Origin: Torpedo marmorata
Lineage: Eukaryota
NCBI GenBank assembly: GCA_977017645.1
Contig: OZ360222.1
Location: forward strand, 134,974,001-135,038,000
Direction of reading: 5' to 3'
Length of the DNA stretch: 64,000 nucleotides
In this document: one piece after another, positions 62,601 through 64,000 of the stretch
How the letters are laid out: each line of letters starts with the position of its first letter
How positions within the stretch are numbered: position 1 is the stretch's first letter
Program-made: the position numbers and the translations under genes
Notes under the pieces: generated by a model
The model's input: only the letters and a program-made list of their open reading frames with translations
Databases searched by the model: none
Told to the model about the DNA's origin: nothing

Positions 62601-64000
62601 AGTTTGTTCTTTTTTTAATTGCCATGCCAATACTTTATGTGCTCTTTCACCCAGTTCATAATATCTTTGTTTAGTTCTTTCAATTACTTTTTCCATTTTG
62701 TATGATTGCAATGTATTATAATACAATTTCTTTCCAATTAAATTCCTCTTTTTTTCCTCTGATTTTCTCTTTTGTAAATCTTTCTCCAAAAATTCAATCT
62801 CCTTCTCCAATTTATCTAATTCTTGAGTATATTCCTTTTTAACCTTTGCTGAATAACTTATTATTTGACCTCTTAAATAAGCTTTTAAAGTATCCCAGAT
62901 AATAAATTTATTATCCATTGAATTAGAATTAATCTGTAAAAATTCATGAATTCCTCTTCTTATATAGTTACAAAAATCTGGTCTTTTCAATAAAGAAGAA
63001 TTAAATCTCCATCTATATGTCATTTTCTCTTTTTCCGGAATTATACATGACATTATTAAGGGCGAATGGTCAGAAATTATTCTTGCTTTATATTGTATTT
63101 CAGTAACTCTATCTTGTAAATGAGATGACAATAAAAACATATCTATTCTAGAATAAGAATCGTGTCTAAAAGAATAAAAGGAATAGTCTTTTTCTCTTGG
63201 ATTCAACTTTCTCCAAATATCAACTAAATTCAAGTCCTTCATCAAAGAAAGAATTTTCTTTGCAGTTTTGGTTCTAACTATTGATTTGGATGTTTTATCT
63301 AGTATTGGATCTAAACAACAATTGAAGTCCCCCCCAATTAGAATATTCTCATTTGCTTCTGATAAATGCAGAAAAGAATCTTGAATAAATTGTTCATCTT
63401 GCGTATTTGGGACATATATATTCATAAGTGTCCACATTTCCGAATATATCTGACAATTTATTAAAACATATCTTCCTGAAACATCCAATACCATAGACTG
63501 TAACTTAAAAGGTAATTTTTTATTAATTAAAATAGCGACTCCTTTTGCTTTAGAATTAAATGAAGACGCAATCACTTGACCAACCCAATCTCTCTTCAAT
63601 TTCTGATGTTCTACATCTGTCAAATGCGTCTCTTGCAAAAAAGCAATATCAACTTTTAACTTTTTAATATATGCCAATGTTCTTTTCCGTTTAATCGGAT
63701 TATTTAGCCCATTTATATTAATACTTACAACATTTATTAATTTACTATCTGCCATTACTATTATTTAATAATTCTCTCCTCATCAGACCAGGCGGTTCCC
63801 CCTTCCACATTTGTAATAAATCTGACATCTCCTTAAACAAAGAAAAGAAAGAACAAAAAAAGGAATATTAAAAAAAAACCCAGGAAAAAAAAAAACCCTA
63901 TATAAAATAACTGGTACTACACCAGTATAACCCCCCTCTTCTGTTCGGGAAGTGGCCCTCGCCACTAAAGTGGTGTGTGGTTAGGTACGGAGCAGACAAG
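59684..64000 (-). mobile_element. L1-clade LINE with near-intact ORF2 (63755-59961, one in-frame TGA); 5' part probably beyond the window
   Basis: SININGLNNPIKR..LQETH..GGDFN..SDH..FADD..CFRC; both ORF pieces share one frame, split by TGA at 61787-61785; poly(A) and AATAAA at ~59684-59706. Confidence 0.95.

Overview
Vertebrate genomic DNA, inferred to be from a cartilaginous fish (shark or ray) from its repeat repertoire of V-SINEs, Penelope-like elements and CR1/Rex1/L1 LINEs. The only host gene seen is APMAP on the minus strand. Coding exons 1-5 (30785-30694, 11856-11740, 11235-11120, 3365-3273, 2953-2837) join in frame through GT-AG introns behind a CpG-island promoter; later exons lie left of the window. 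Most remaining sequence is transposon-derived and often nested. Highlights: (1) a 5.3-kb class I endogenous retrovirus 570 bp upstream of the APMAP ATG, with apparently identical 512-bp LTRs but a heavily deleted interior and a captured Gmr1/Gypsy gag-pol segment between 13-bp direct repeats; (2) a Gmr1-type LTR element (PR-IN-RT order, SCAN-like Gag) using the same tRNA-Pro primer site; (3) Penelope pLTRs carrying minimal hammerhead ribozyme motifs, two near-identical copies of which form an inverted pair around APMAP exons 2-3; (4) a ~213-bp palindrome inside a hAT element; (5) a ~1-kb 12-bp minisatellite beside the promoter; (6) three large L1 copies, one a single stop codon from an intact ORF2. 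All alignments and family assignments were made by eye; no database search was run.
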